This document shows positions 22,101-32,619 of a DNA stretch of 36,668 nucleotides, piece by piece. Source of the DNA: Intoshia linei (taxonomy: Eukaryota; Animalia; Orthonectida); assembly GCA_001642005.1 (NCBI GenBank), contig LWCA01000251.1:1-36668 (forward strand). Direction: 5' to 3'. Both the position numbers and the translations under genes were made by a program. Position 1 is the first letter of the stretch. Each line of letters opens with the position of its first letter. The notes below the pieces were generated by a model that was not told the DNA's origin, did not search any database, and saw nothing but the letters and a program-made list of their open reading frames with translations.

Positions 22101-25100
22101 CTAAAATGAAAAAAATGTATTAGTTACTAGTTGACGGTTATGTACTACGTACAAAAAGCATCTAGGTCTGCCCAGGGCACATTCTTATTCTACAAAAAAA
22201 ATAAATTCAATAAGAAAATCTAACTTAAAAATGCTATTAGTAACTATTATCAATCATTTAAAGGAGTGGTTCCCAAACTTATTTCGCGTGGAACCGTCAT
22301 ATCACCTTACCTTTTAATTTAAAGTGAATTATTCCATCTTAATTTTGTTTTGTTAATATTTGTGTAAAGAATTTTAAAAACAATTGTCATCCCATTTTTT
22401 TAATTTAATCAGATCAAAGTAATAACGACAAAAATAATAACGAGTAAGGAAATAATAACCCACATAAAAATCCAAAGTGCGAACCAAAGAACGTTTGACA
22501 TTTGAATGCTAGACAGATGTGACGGATGATTAAATTTTTTATGGTAAATACATTTTTGAATAATAAAATCTTGCACATTATCAATCATGGCAATGCAAAT
22601 ATAATAAGAGTATTTGTTTACATAATTGGTCCAATATATTGATCCTTATGAGAAGCAAAGCATAATTTCGTTAAAAACAATATTGAGACTGTAATTGGAA
22701 GATAAGTGATTGGATTTAAAAATAAAAATGGCATAAGTTTGGGAATTGTATTTTCACCGAATGAAGTATCCTTTTTAATTTGGTAAATTGTTAACTGGTA
22801 ATTTGAATATTCAGGTATAATTTGGGATTTATTTAACCACCGGACGGGTGTATAATCTTAAAAATAAAGAAAAAACTATACAATCCTATAAATTGTCATA
22901 AATAGCTTAAATTACAGAAAAAATAAAATTGTAAATCAACCTGTATATTCAGTATTTGCGTTCGATGAAAAAAAAATATCAATTTTGAATCAATAATTAA
23001 TGAAATCAGCACTTAAGAAAAATATTTCAGATAAATTTTACCAATATTGAAAAGCATTGTCATAAATATAAAAATGATAATAACAAAGTTATACTTTTAT
23101 TAATAGTTTGTTGTAGTTTTAATTTAAACTTTAAACAAAATGTTTTGAAAATGAGAATTTGAGAATGAAAAATTGCGTAGCAATGAAAAAAATTTCGAAG
23201 GAATGAATTATATAGATGTTCGCCCATATTTCTATATTGGAAATGTGTAGACGTTCAATGCACATTTTTTTTTAAATTGTAGGATCAATATTTACATTTT
23301 CAATTTTTATTTTAATCGAAATATTTGAAAAATATTGGTTGAATATATTAAAAGTATTTTTGACCGGGAATTCGTAGATTTCTGGGGATGAAATTTTGTA
23401 TTTATATCAAATGGAATGAAGTCTATCAGAATAATCTTTTTTTTCATTGTAGGACCATAAATTATTTCAAATTTTTTGTTTTAATAAAATAGTTTTAAAA
23501 TAAAAAAATGAATATTAAAATGCTTTTTTGACCATGAAGGCGTCACTTAATCAGATTGAAATTGTTTGTGTCTGTTAACTGGATATAACTGTATCATCCA
23601 TAATATCTTAAAAATTCTAGGACTGTTTTCATTTTTAAAAAAAATGGTAATCTGAGTTTTTGACCGTGAAAATTTAACCATGTAAGATAATGATTAATAA
23701 TTTAAAAACCATTCCAGAATTTATGTTGTATAAAATTATAAGACTTTCTTAATTCTATCGCGATTTTCATCCAAATGAAAATGCTCGGTGGGTCACAACC
23801 GATGTGCGGCCCGTATTATGACTAACCTGATATATTCTATCAACATAAAATGAAATGACTCACCATCTCCTTTAATATTCAAAAAATGATCTTCACCAAC
23901 TCGAATCTTGCGATTAGTAAAAATGGAACCATCCATAGTTAAATCAGATACCAACACATTACGTTCTGAAACGAATACATTGAACGGACTATTAGCAATA
24001 TGTTTGTTAGCATAAAGAATAGAAATCTAAATGAACATTAAAAATAAAAAAAATTTATAATTCTATTAAACATGCAGGATAAATAGACTAACTGTACAAA
24101 CTACATAGAAAAAATGCGAAATATTTTGAAAGTAATAACTAATTTGATAAATTGAAATGTATACATTTAAAACGCCCTTCTTAAGTGGAGTGTATTTGAC
24201 AATGAAAATGGTTGGTAAATTATAATCTTGACTCATTTTGAACTAAAAATAAATAGAAAATAAAAAATAAAGAAAACAATAGAAAAGTTAAAAAGTTAAA
24301 ATTACTTCAACATTCTGATTTTTGAGATCCTTTATAGAAACTAATAAATCTCCTTGTCCAGCTTCAGAGGTATCAATAACAAACTCAACTTCTTGTTTAG
24401 CCACATTACCCTCATCCATCAAACCCTTACCATGCACAACAACACGTTGTGGACAACAACGTGCCCTCAGTGGTGCATTTTTGACTTGGTTCATATGCGG
24501 ATAATTTGAAAGATAAGTCATAACACTTTGTTCATCAACATTTGGATTGATAATTTCTTCTGGAGTTATAAGTTTCGGAACTTCCAACCAATTTTCAGCT
24601 AGATCCATTGCATCAGTCGCATTGCGAAAATTATCGACAGGCGCCCAATCTTCCCAATCTGGGCACAAACCAGGATAACAAGAATCTACTAATGCTCCTA
24701 GTGCAATACCATCATTCCAATCTGTTGTAAAATTATTAATTTTTTTACCGGGTACTTTGTTTTTGATCCAATTCAATAGTCTCTTTTTGGGAGAAATTTT
24801 TTCACCATTTGTATCATTACCACAATCTTCCCAAACGGGCATTGAAATTGCATAGTGTAATATCAAAGTCCACACTAATCCCATTATCAATTTTAAATTG
24901 CCATCCACAATATCTGAACTATCAATGTTTACTATTTTTATATGTTCAATTTCTTCAATAAATTTCATGCAATTTGTAATATTTTCCAATTGTTGTGTTC
25001 TAAAATTTGGACGTTGGTTCACTGTTAATCCTTCCTTTTGAGATAAAATTGATAATAGTGCGGCAAGTTTTATTCCATCACAAAAATCAGTTTTTAGGTT

Positions 25101-25265
25101 TTCAATTTTCTTGTTTACACATTTTAAATGTTCGTTTATCCAACGTGTAAATGTGTTTAATTGAATCAATTTCCACCTAATTTCATCGCTAGATCGAATG
25201 TTTCCAGATGAATTTGATTCGCTTTCACTGTATTTTTTTCTTAGAGGTTTACTTTCAATAGTCAT
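13198..25265 (-). CDS. FLN: Filamin (tandem CH actin-binding domain plus ~20 filamin Ig repeats), ~2238 aa; exons 25265-24306, 24242-24165, 24026-23864, 20961-20770, 20321-15606, 14715-14497, 13586-13198
   Basis: Exon 1 carries WKLIQLNTFTRWINEHLK and IDSSDIVDGNLKLIMGLVWTLILHY (CH1) and NFTTDWNDGIALGALVD (CH2). The G.GL...AG.G...GP...Y.P...G.Y...GSPF repeat motif recurs, and the protein ends LWGGSHIKGSPFSVVAV. The seven GT-AG exons sum to 6717 nt in one open frame. Confidence 0.95.
14211..14477 (+). pseudogene. Decayed basic (Arg/Lys/Pro-rich) ORF antisense within filamin intron 6
   Basis: The frame from ATG 14211 reads MSRSRSKPSIPCLR*PNIKIDPKIRKRRVTPYTPLCGYKRGILKSTNK...*FSQMPNFTKIETRRGVTYPIGSPPFKSINNH*. 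It has two internal TAA (14253, 14379) and is visibly more GC-rich than its flanks. Confidence 0.35.
15167..15500 (+). mobile_element. Helitron-like 5' fragment in filamin intron 5
   Basis: A|TCCTAACTTAAATAAA...TTTGTCTGTCTGTTATCGTTCATTTCAATAA matches the family 5' end. Confidence 0.6.
21119..21485 (-). mobile_element. hAT transposon 3' remnant encoding the C-terminal dimerization domain
   Basis: ORF LKEALMTVQPTSTQNERIFSIASNFVIKRRTRFKNESINIMCVLKHFF (hAT dimerization-domain pattern P-S...ER.FS). Terminal AGTGATTG...TTCCCGG. A closely similar inverted copy lies at 30795-31128. Confidence 0.85.
22127..22257 (-). mobile_element. Helitron-like 3' end
   Basis: The minus strand reads GATTGATAATAG...TTTTAAGTTAGATTTT...CCTGGGCAGACCTAGATGC, a TGTAC-GTA-GTACA hairpin, then CTAG|T. 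Collinear with 755-884. Confidence 0.75.
22409..23063 (-). pseudogene. Decayed single-pass membrane-protein-like gene fragment in filamin intron 3
   Basis: A phase-compatible GT-AG intron at 22940-22857 joins ...SSNANTEYT-D-YTPVRWLNKSQIIPEYSNYQLTIYQIKKD. After one frameshift and one TAA the frame continues to a 27-aa hydrophobic stretch, VLWFALWIFMWVIISLLVIIFVVITLI. Confidence 0.4.
23065..23760 (-). mobile_element. Helitron-like internal segment
   Basis: The reverse complement is collinear with ~300-740 (e.g. AAGTGACGCCTTCA(C/T)GGTCAAAAAAGCATTTT, CCCAGAAATCTACG). It is directly similar to 29640-29930. Confidence 0.75.
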
Positions 25266-25859
25266 ATTTTTATACTAAAATCTATTTTTATTATTAAACG
25301 GTAGATTTATTATTGGCACCATTAACCTATAAATTAAGTACTGAACTTATAAATTACTCAATTATCAAGTACATGTTAAAAAGTGGAAAATATCTTTTGT
25401 GTGAATGTAAAAATATCATGTCATACAATATTAATAATTTTAATGCTCAGAAAGTTTCTCACAGAAACTGCATATAAATATATTTACATGTAGATTGAAA
25501 ATTTTTAATTTTGGTCCGTGTACCGAGTGGATTGAAGTGAAAGTTGTAGTCGGTACTACCGACTACGTTTCAATTATATTACATGTAGCAATCCGAAAAT
25601 TCTACAAAATTATTATTAAAATAGTATTAGAGCAGGTTTCCCTAAATATCGATTCACGGACCAGTACTTAATTTTTAAGTCAATTTATCACCTTTTTTAT
25701 TAAATTTTTTTTATTTTTGCCTAGTAATTTTGCTTTAATGATTAACGATAAATTTTATAATTTATACCGGTATGCCGTGAAAAAAATGTGGGATTAGGCC
25801 CTGTATTAGTGAGTATTTTCTGAACCAAATACACAAAGTATCCATCAGTGAAATTATCA

Positions 25860-26285
25860 TGTTTAAGATCAAAAAACATTTTCATCGTGAAAATTTACTT
25901 TTTTTGGTTTGCGATTTATGATAATGTTTATGATTATAAAAACTATCTCACAATTTATGTTGTATACAAATATAGAACATTTTTCATTTTTAAAAAAAAA
26001 GTAATTTGTGGTTTTCGCCGTGAAGGTATAAGATTTTGAAATTGAATTTATCAGTGTTGATAATTTAAAAATCTTTATCAGATTGTGTATTTTTTATAAT
26101 TCTAGGATTGGTTTGAATTTTAAAAAAAAAAAATAAAATTTAAATTGGGATTTTTGACTAGAACTCAATTTTTGGAAGTAAAATTTGAGATAAAACACGA
26201 GTCTCGCAAAATTGTATTAGAAATGTGTATTCTTAAAATTCTACCCCTATCATTTTATTAAATAAATAATAACAGACAAACATTT
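25860..26285 (-). repeat. Degenerate Helitron-family fragments
   Basis: Shares TTTGTGGTTTT(C/G)GCC(G/C)TGAAG with 29980, the GTCTCG..AAATTGTATTA motif with 10860, and the AACAGACAAA microsatellite end. Confidence 0.5.
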
Positions 26286-28036
26286 TGAACCCTTTCATCA
26301 CTGTCTGGAATTTATGTTTTAATTTAAACTTATATAATTTTAAATCACCAATGTGAAAATGTATGAAAATAAAAGAAGAAAATTTTTCAAAATTATGCTG
26401 TGTATACTATAGAACAATGGTTCTCAACAGTGAGCCAAGTGGCTCCCAGTGTAGGAAATTTGGGGGGAAAAATTATTTTAGTCTAATTTTTGTAGTCTGA
26501 TGTCCATTAAAATAAAAATTAAAATATTTAACTTTAAAATAGGATTAGTGACAGTAATATAAATAATTTAAAGATATGCTCAAAATTACGACATATAATA
26601 AAGTTAAAATTTAGTCATAAATGAAGTAATGATTGGGTAAATTTTTAAAATGACAAGTGTCTCGGTAAAAAATTCTTCAAAATCATTTTTTTCCAGTGTA
26701 ACCTTAAAACTGTCATACGCGACTTCATCAATTCCTGCCCCATAAAATTTCCAAAAAAAACTACTAAAATTAACACCCCTAGTGTATATATTAGAAATAT
26801 TGAAATCTGGGTTTTAGACTCATAAATTGATTTCTTCTATTTTTTATCATTGTTAAGCATTTATGATCTTTAATATATTCAAATTTACCGATAACTGAAA
26901 TGTAACTTTGTTATTATCATTTTAAATTTTATTTTAATTTTGGTATAGTATAATTTTTTACTTATAAAAATACTATAATTAAATATATTTGATAACATAA
27001 GGATGAGAAATCTAGCAGTATGTACTGCACCCTTAGGTTACACATTCAATTAGATATTTTTAATTTGTTTGGGCTATAAGTTATTATATTTGCCAGTCTG
27101 TTAAAAATTACAAAAATCAGCCTTCGAGAGCTAGATACTAATACAAAGTACAAAACAGTAAAACTAGCCAACTAAAATTTTTAAAACTTTTTAATTACAT
27201 TGTACATTGTACAATGTAAATGAAAACAATCTAATTTTTAGTCTAAAACAAACATGTAAATTAAAAAAATGTAAAAATCATAAAACAAATAAATATTTTA
27301 TTGAATTGGACTAAAAAATGTGATATAAATTTTAAAAGATAATTACAATTGTAAAATGATAATGACTCAATTGAGATAAATATGAAACACAAACTTGAGT
27401 AACAAACTTTTAACTGACAGATCAGCATTTAATTAGGACAATTACTCAATTGTAGAATTTTACTCCAAAAAATGTGACAATGAAATAAAAAAATATAACA
27501 TCAAACTATATAAATTGAAATTACCTAATCCGTTATCACGATAATAAAATGAAAAATACCAGAGTAGTCAGAGAGAATAATACGCACAAATTGTACTAAT
27601 GCACTGGAATGACGAATACGACGCAATATAATACATTCATGATTCATGATTAATATAAAATGTCTAATGTCATCAATAAATTACAAGACTACTTTTTAAA
27701 AATATTTAAAATATAATGTCAATAGGCTACGGCTAAAAATTAAAATTAATGTAGTCGAGTACATCGAACCGTTATTAATTTATAATAAAATTATCAAAAA
27801 TTACCTTTTTAGTGATTTATCAACAAATTTTGATTATGCAAAATCAATTATTTTGCAAATTTAATAAAAGTTTCAGTCTACAATATATAATTTCAATCTA
27901 GAACTCGTTTATGTAATTTGAGATAGGGTCTATTAAAATTAAATTAAATGTTCCAATTAGTTTTAGTTACGTGTGATTACATTTTGTAATTTTTTAAACC
28001 TATTTTTAGAGTCTGTTGTGCATGTTTTAATTTTAC

Positions 28037-28145
28037 TCATACATTACAACGCACTTTTACTTTTTCGAGAAAATTGGAATTGCAACGTTGATTGAGTGTT
28101 AACACTTTGTCTGTGAAGGCTCTCTTTCTTTTTTTTACTTTGTAA
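28037..28145 (-). pseudogene. Diverged duplicate of the RAM-like gene's terminal exon
   Basis: Alignable by eye with 31515-31600 (KRAFTDKVLTLN vs KRASNDKVPILN; FSRKSKSAL* vs FSRKKKSVL*), with a 1-nt indel between the two blocks. Preceded by a TTTTAATAG acceptor. Confidence 0.6.
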
Positions 28146-29505
28146 CTATTAAAATTGTAGTTTATTATTTGACTAGTAATACATTTTCAATATCAAAATT
28201 TACAGTTTCAGTTAAGGACCAAAGGAAAAATTACAAGAACAAAATTTAAACTAAAAATGAAATGTTTGGTTAACAAAAATGAATTAAATCTATTAGACAA
28301 ATCTACATATACAATTGTACATTAATTAATTCAATTAAAAATAACACGTCAAAATATTTTAATTATTTCAATATTCTAAAAAATCACGTGTACTCAATAA
28401 CTACATAATAATGCTAATATTACACACATTTAAACTACTGTTTTAAATCATAGGATATTATGATAATTAAAATTTTTGTGACAAAACATTATTTAAAATA
28501 AAAACGTATCACATAAATTTCCACAAGATTTAGTTTTTCTCACGTAAATTAAAATAGATTTTACATTTATATATTGGCTCAAAATCACATCAAATTCTAT
28601 ATTTTTAGAAATTATTATTAAGTGCTTGTCATTATCTCATTTTGATGGAATGTAGTACAATATTTAATTTAATTTTTACCAAATTTCAGAGTAAATGTAG
28701 TTCACGGTATACATAGGAAAACATCGTTTATATGATAGAATCTATGACCATATCCTAGTATTTATCAACCGGTGTTTCCAGCAAATGTTATGTGTGTCTA
28801 GCGAAAAATTGAAATTTATTTCTATTAAATTTAATTTAGGACAGTTAGAACATTTCTTTGTTATCAAAATCTTATACAACTCATATTTTCAATGAGCACC
28901 TATCATATACGTATTACGTATATAAAATGTTGAATATATTGCTATTTGATTGTGCGCCAAAATGTATTAATTACTCCATATGCACTACAATGGAAAAAAA
29001 GTTGAATGGCAGGGTTGAAGGGTGGCATGTATTTTCATGAAAATTTCGCATAGATCAGTGTTTCTCATGGAAGTGGTCTATGTCTACTCCTTGACTGGTC
29101 CACCCAAGGGGTAAATACAGAAATTTTAAACGATTGGGGTAAATAATAAAATTTCAGCTTATTTTATTGACATTTATTGTGAATCATGCAATTTTGTATC
29201 TCTTATGAGAAAAAACATGGGAATAGACATTTTCAGTTTTTCGCTGGGCACACATAACAATTGTTTGGCGAACTGTTTAAGAAACACAGTTTCATAGTCA
29301 CTTTAAAGCAGTAATAATGATTTACATTATCAATTTTTGGAATATATTTTGATGTATAAAGACGAGCCTTAAATAATAATTAAATATATTGGATTAAACA
29401 ATAACCTGATTATATTAATGACACACTCAAAAATTTCATCATTTTATAAAAATGATGATAAAACATTGTAACTTTAGACCAGGTGTTGGTAACCTTTTAC
29501 ATACC

Positions 29506-29586
29506 ATGCGCCACATTTTTATCATACGATCTCAAATGCGCCAAACATTTTTATCATACGATCTCAAATGCGCCAAACATTTTTAT
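29506..29586. repeat. 32-nt tandem repeat (~2.6 copies) just inside a hAT-like terminus (CAGGTGTTGGTAACCT at 29480)
   Basis: ATGCGCC(AA)ACATTTTTATCATACGATCTCAA at 29506, 29536 and 29568. Confidence 0.9.
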
Positions 29587-29629
29587 GATAGTCCCGGCTA
29601 CTAATAAAATTTATACGTATAGAAATACG

Positions 29630-30266
29630 TAAATGTTTTGAAAATAAGAATTTGAGATTGAAAAATTGCGTAGCAATTAAAAAAATTACGAAGAAATGGA
29701 TTATATTGATTTTCACCCATATTTCTTTTTTGGAAATCTCTAGACGTTTAATGCACACTTTTTTTGAAATTGTAGAAACCATATTTACATTTTCAATTTT
29801 TATTTTAATCGAAATATTTGAAAAATATTGGTTGAATATATTAAAAGTATTTTTCACCCGGGAATGCGTAGATTTCTCGGATTTAAATTTTGTATTTATA
29901 TCAACTGGAATAAGCTCTATCAAAATAATTTTTTTTTTTTAATTTTCGGATAATTAATTATTTCACATTTTGTTAATAATTTGTGGTTTTGGCCCTGAAG
30001 ATTTTTTTAAATATATGATAATATTTATGATTTTAAAATCCGTATCATAGTGTATATTTTTTTAAATTCTCGAATTCGTTTGATTTTCAAAAAAAGGACA
30101 ATTTGGCTTTTGACTTGTAAGATATAAGTTTGGGAGGTTGAAATTTATTTTGCTAACACCATGAAAAACCTTTAATTGAAATGTAATTTTATAAAGTTCT
30201 AAGACGGGTAGTTATTGAAATAAACACTAACATACACAAACAAAGCATATTATATATAAGTAAGGA
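29630..30266 (-). mobile_element. Non-autonomous Helitron-like element with intact 5' end
   Basis: The minus strand starts A|TCCTTACTTATATATAATATGCTTTGTTTGTGTATG. It is collinear with 1-740, with an internal deletion. Confidence 0.75.
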
Positions 30267-30794
30267 TTATAAATTTAAGAAAAATAATTGTGGGTAAGTA
30301 CCGCAGTATCTTTGATTTCTTATTAAAATAAAATCAAAAGGTTTCCATTAGTTTAATGAGTTATTATATTAGGATCAATAACATTGTTAATTTGATTAAC
30401 TGTCACATGAGTGTAATTCATTCATAAACTGTTATCAAGTCATAGCAGATATATAATATTATAAAATTTTAAAAATGAAGAGAGGTGAACAGACAACCTC
30501 AATGTTACATTTGTGGCTTGACTAAAATTGTAATTGTGAGATTTAATACTGTGTTAGTAAATGAATAATGAAAATCATATGGTAATACAGTAGTATATAT
30601 TAGTTAATGAGATACAAAATAATTAATATATTCATTTTGAAATATTGGTACAACGGATTTTTGGTTAACGGTGCATAGGATTTATAAATTTAAATAGGGT
30701 CCACTTTAAAAAAGTTTGGTTAAAAAGTTTATTACACCATAAAAGTAATTTAATATAATTTAAAAGTAATTTAATAATAAAAGTAATAAAAGTA

Positions 30795-31128
30795 AAATTA
30801 ATTGAAGCCCTTATGACCGTTCAACCTACGTCAACACAAAATGAAAGAAATTTCTCTACTTCTAATTTCGTTACAAAACGTAGAACACGTTTAAAAGACG
30901 AATCTATCAATATTATGTGTGTTTTAAAAGATTTTTTTCAACAATCTAAAATAAATAACTTTTTTTTTAATTAAATTTGTAAATTTTAATTTAGATTCGT
31001 GTTATTTCACTAATTAAATTTCTTTTTGTTTCTAAAATTTTTAATGCTTCTATATTATATATGAATAAAAATTTTTTATTTTTCCCGATTCTCGACTTTT
31101 GTCATTTCCCGGGAAATCACAATCACTA
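30795..31128 (+). mobile_element. hAT transposon 3' remnant (dimerization domain plus right TIR)
   Basis: EALMTVQPTSTQNERNFSTSNFVTKRRTRLKDESINIMCVLKDFF. Terminus CCCGGGAAATCACAATCACTA. Inverted paralogue of 21119-21450. Confidence 0.85.
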
Positions 31129-31514
31129 CAATGTTAATGATTTTAAAACACGTCCAATGTTTGTTTTCTTAAATATTTGGGCTCATTTTATTTAAAAAAA
31201 AAATGAAAAAATGGTTTTTTGACCCTGAAGGACCACATTTCTGAAATGAAATATTGATATAAACATCACTGCGAAAAAGTGTATTAGAAATTGTGTTTTT
31301 TTAAATTCTAAGACATTAATCCATTTAATATACATGTAAGTATTTGTTTTATTTACGAATACATACAATAACTATATAATATAGAATAACTACATGTACG
31401 TAATTATTATTTTTCATAATTTTATTCAAAAGTGAGGTTTACTAAAAAAATTACAAAATAAAAAACTAATCAATTGTAGAATGTTTTACATTTAAAATTT
31501 TATATAATTAAGGA

Positions 31515-32038
31515 TTACAAGACACTTTTTTTTTTCCGAGAAAATTCACATCCAAAAGTTTCATTGAGTATAGGTACTTTGTCGTTGGAGGCTCGTTTTT
31601 TTGGACTTGTTTCAGATAATTTAAATGTTTTATCTTCTTTATTTTCATTTTCCAGTCGATTATGTGTTCTAACATTAAATTAAAAAAAAAGATAATTATA
31701 ATATTAATATTTTAAAATGAAAATTAATAAAATTGATCATTTATAACCGGTTATCAGGTTTTAAACCGTTTATCAATACAATGAATTTATTTCAAAAAAT
31801 TATGGAAACATTCAATTAAAAATACCTTTTAAAATCAGTTTCCGATCTATTATTTGTCCATGGCTTTCTTATTCTTTTCATATAATTTAAAACATTAGAT
31901 GGTGGGTCTTTATGATTGTTTTTTGTATATTCGTAATCTACATCTTCACTGGTATAACGGCTTTTGAATAATTCATTATATTTTTCCATCGAGCTTAACT
32001 TTATTTAAATTTCTATTTACAATTGGTAAGGTAACCAT
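31515..32038 (-). CDS. RAMAC: RAM (RNMT-activating mini-protein)-like, ~105-109 aa; exons [ATG 32038-32036], 31998 (or ATG 31989)-31826, 31668-31515
   Basis: MEKYNELFKSRYTSEDVDYEYTKNNHKDPPSNVLNY aligns with the recalled human RAM N-terminus [35 protein letters not shown]. Phase-2 GT-AG intron at 31825-31669, and a possible 37-nt intron directly after an upstream ATG. Confidence 0.75.
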
Positions 32039-32619
32039 TTCAATTCAAAATTTTTTACAATAAAAATTATGAATACTATTAATCATTGTCTAGACATCAA
32101 TCACAGTGGTTTCCATAATTTATTCACGGCGGAACATTAAGTCGAAGTTACTAGACAATCTAAAAATAATTTTATAAAAAACGTAATGAATTAATTCTAC
32201 AAATTGTAATTAGTAAAAATTTTCTATTTTATTGATATTTAAGGATATTCATAGATTGAAAAGGTGTGTATAATTAAAACTATAATAAATTAACCCTAAA
32301 ATTTAATATTTCCATAATTTGTAATTATAAAATTTTTAAAAAATTCTAAATATAAAACAACAAATTTTGAATAGTTCATCAAAATGAATTATAATTCTCA
32401 TCGCAAGATTAATTGTACAATTGAATTCGAATCTTGTCATAATTTCACTTAAATTCCACTCATACGTACTTCTTTCTACCTGTAAGTAAATTTCAAATCT
32501 CAACAAAAAAAATTGTTGATATTATTTCCCCCTAGTAACTTTAATATTCAATTCATGAATGAGAAGAATAATATGACTACGTATAAATATAAAAATAATT
32601 TTTGATAAATTCAATAAAT

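Noticed and set aside
15609-24504. Small ORFs overlapping filamin exons (15609, 15883, 16590, 18232, 20143, 24322)
   Set aside because: Alternative-frame or antisense shadows of the filamin CDS.
29506-29586. CRISPR-like 32-nt repeats
   Set aside because: Directly adjacent tandem copies with no spacers, in a eukaryotic context with no cas genes.
29564-29942. Overlapping 119-aa and 96-aa ORFs
   Set aside because: Within the Helitron-like repeat; no Rep or helicase motifs, and other copies carry indels in this segment.
32340-32480. Minus-strand exon-like frame VERSTYEWNLSEIMTRFEF...
   Set aside because: No start codon or compatible flanking exon found, and it overlaps the probable promoter/5' UTR region.
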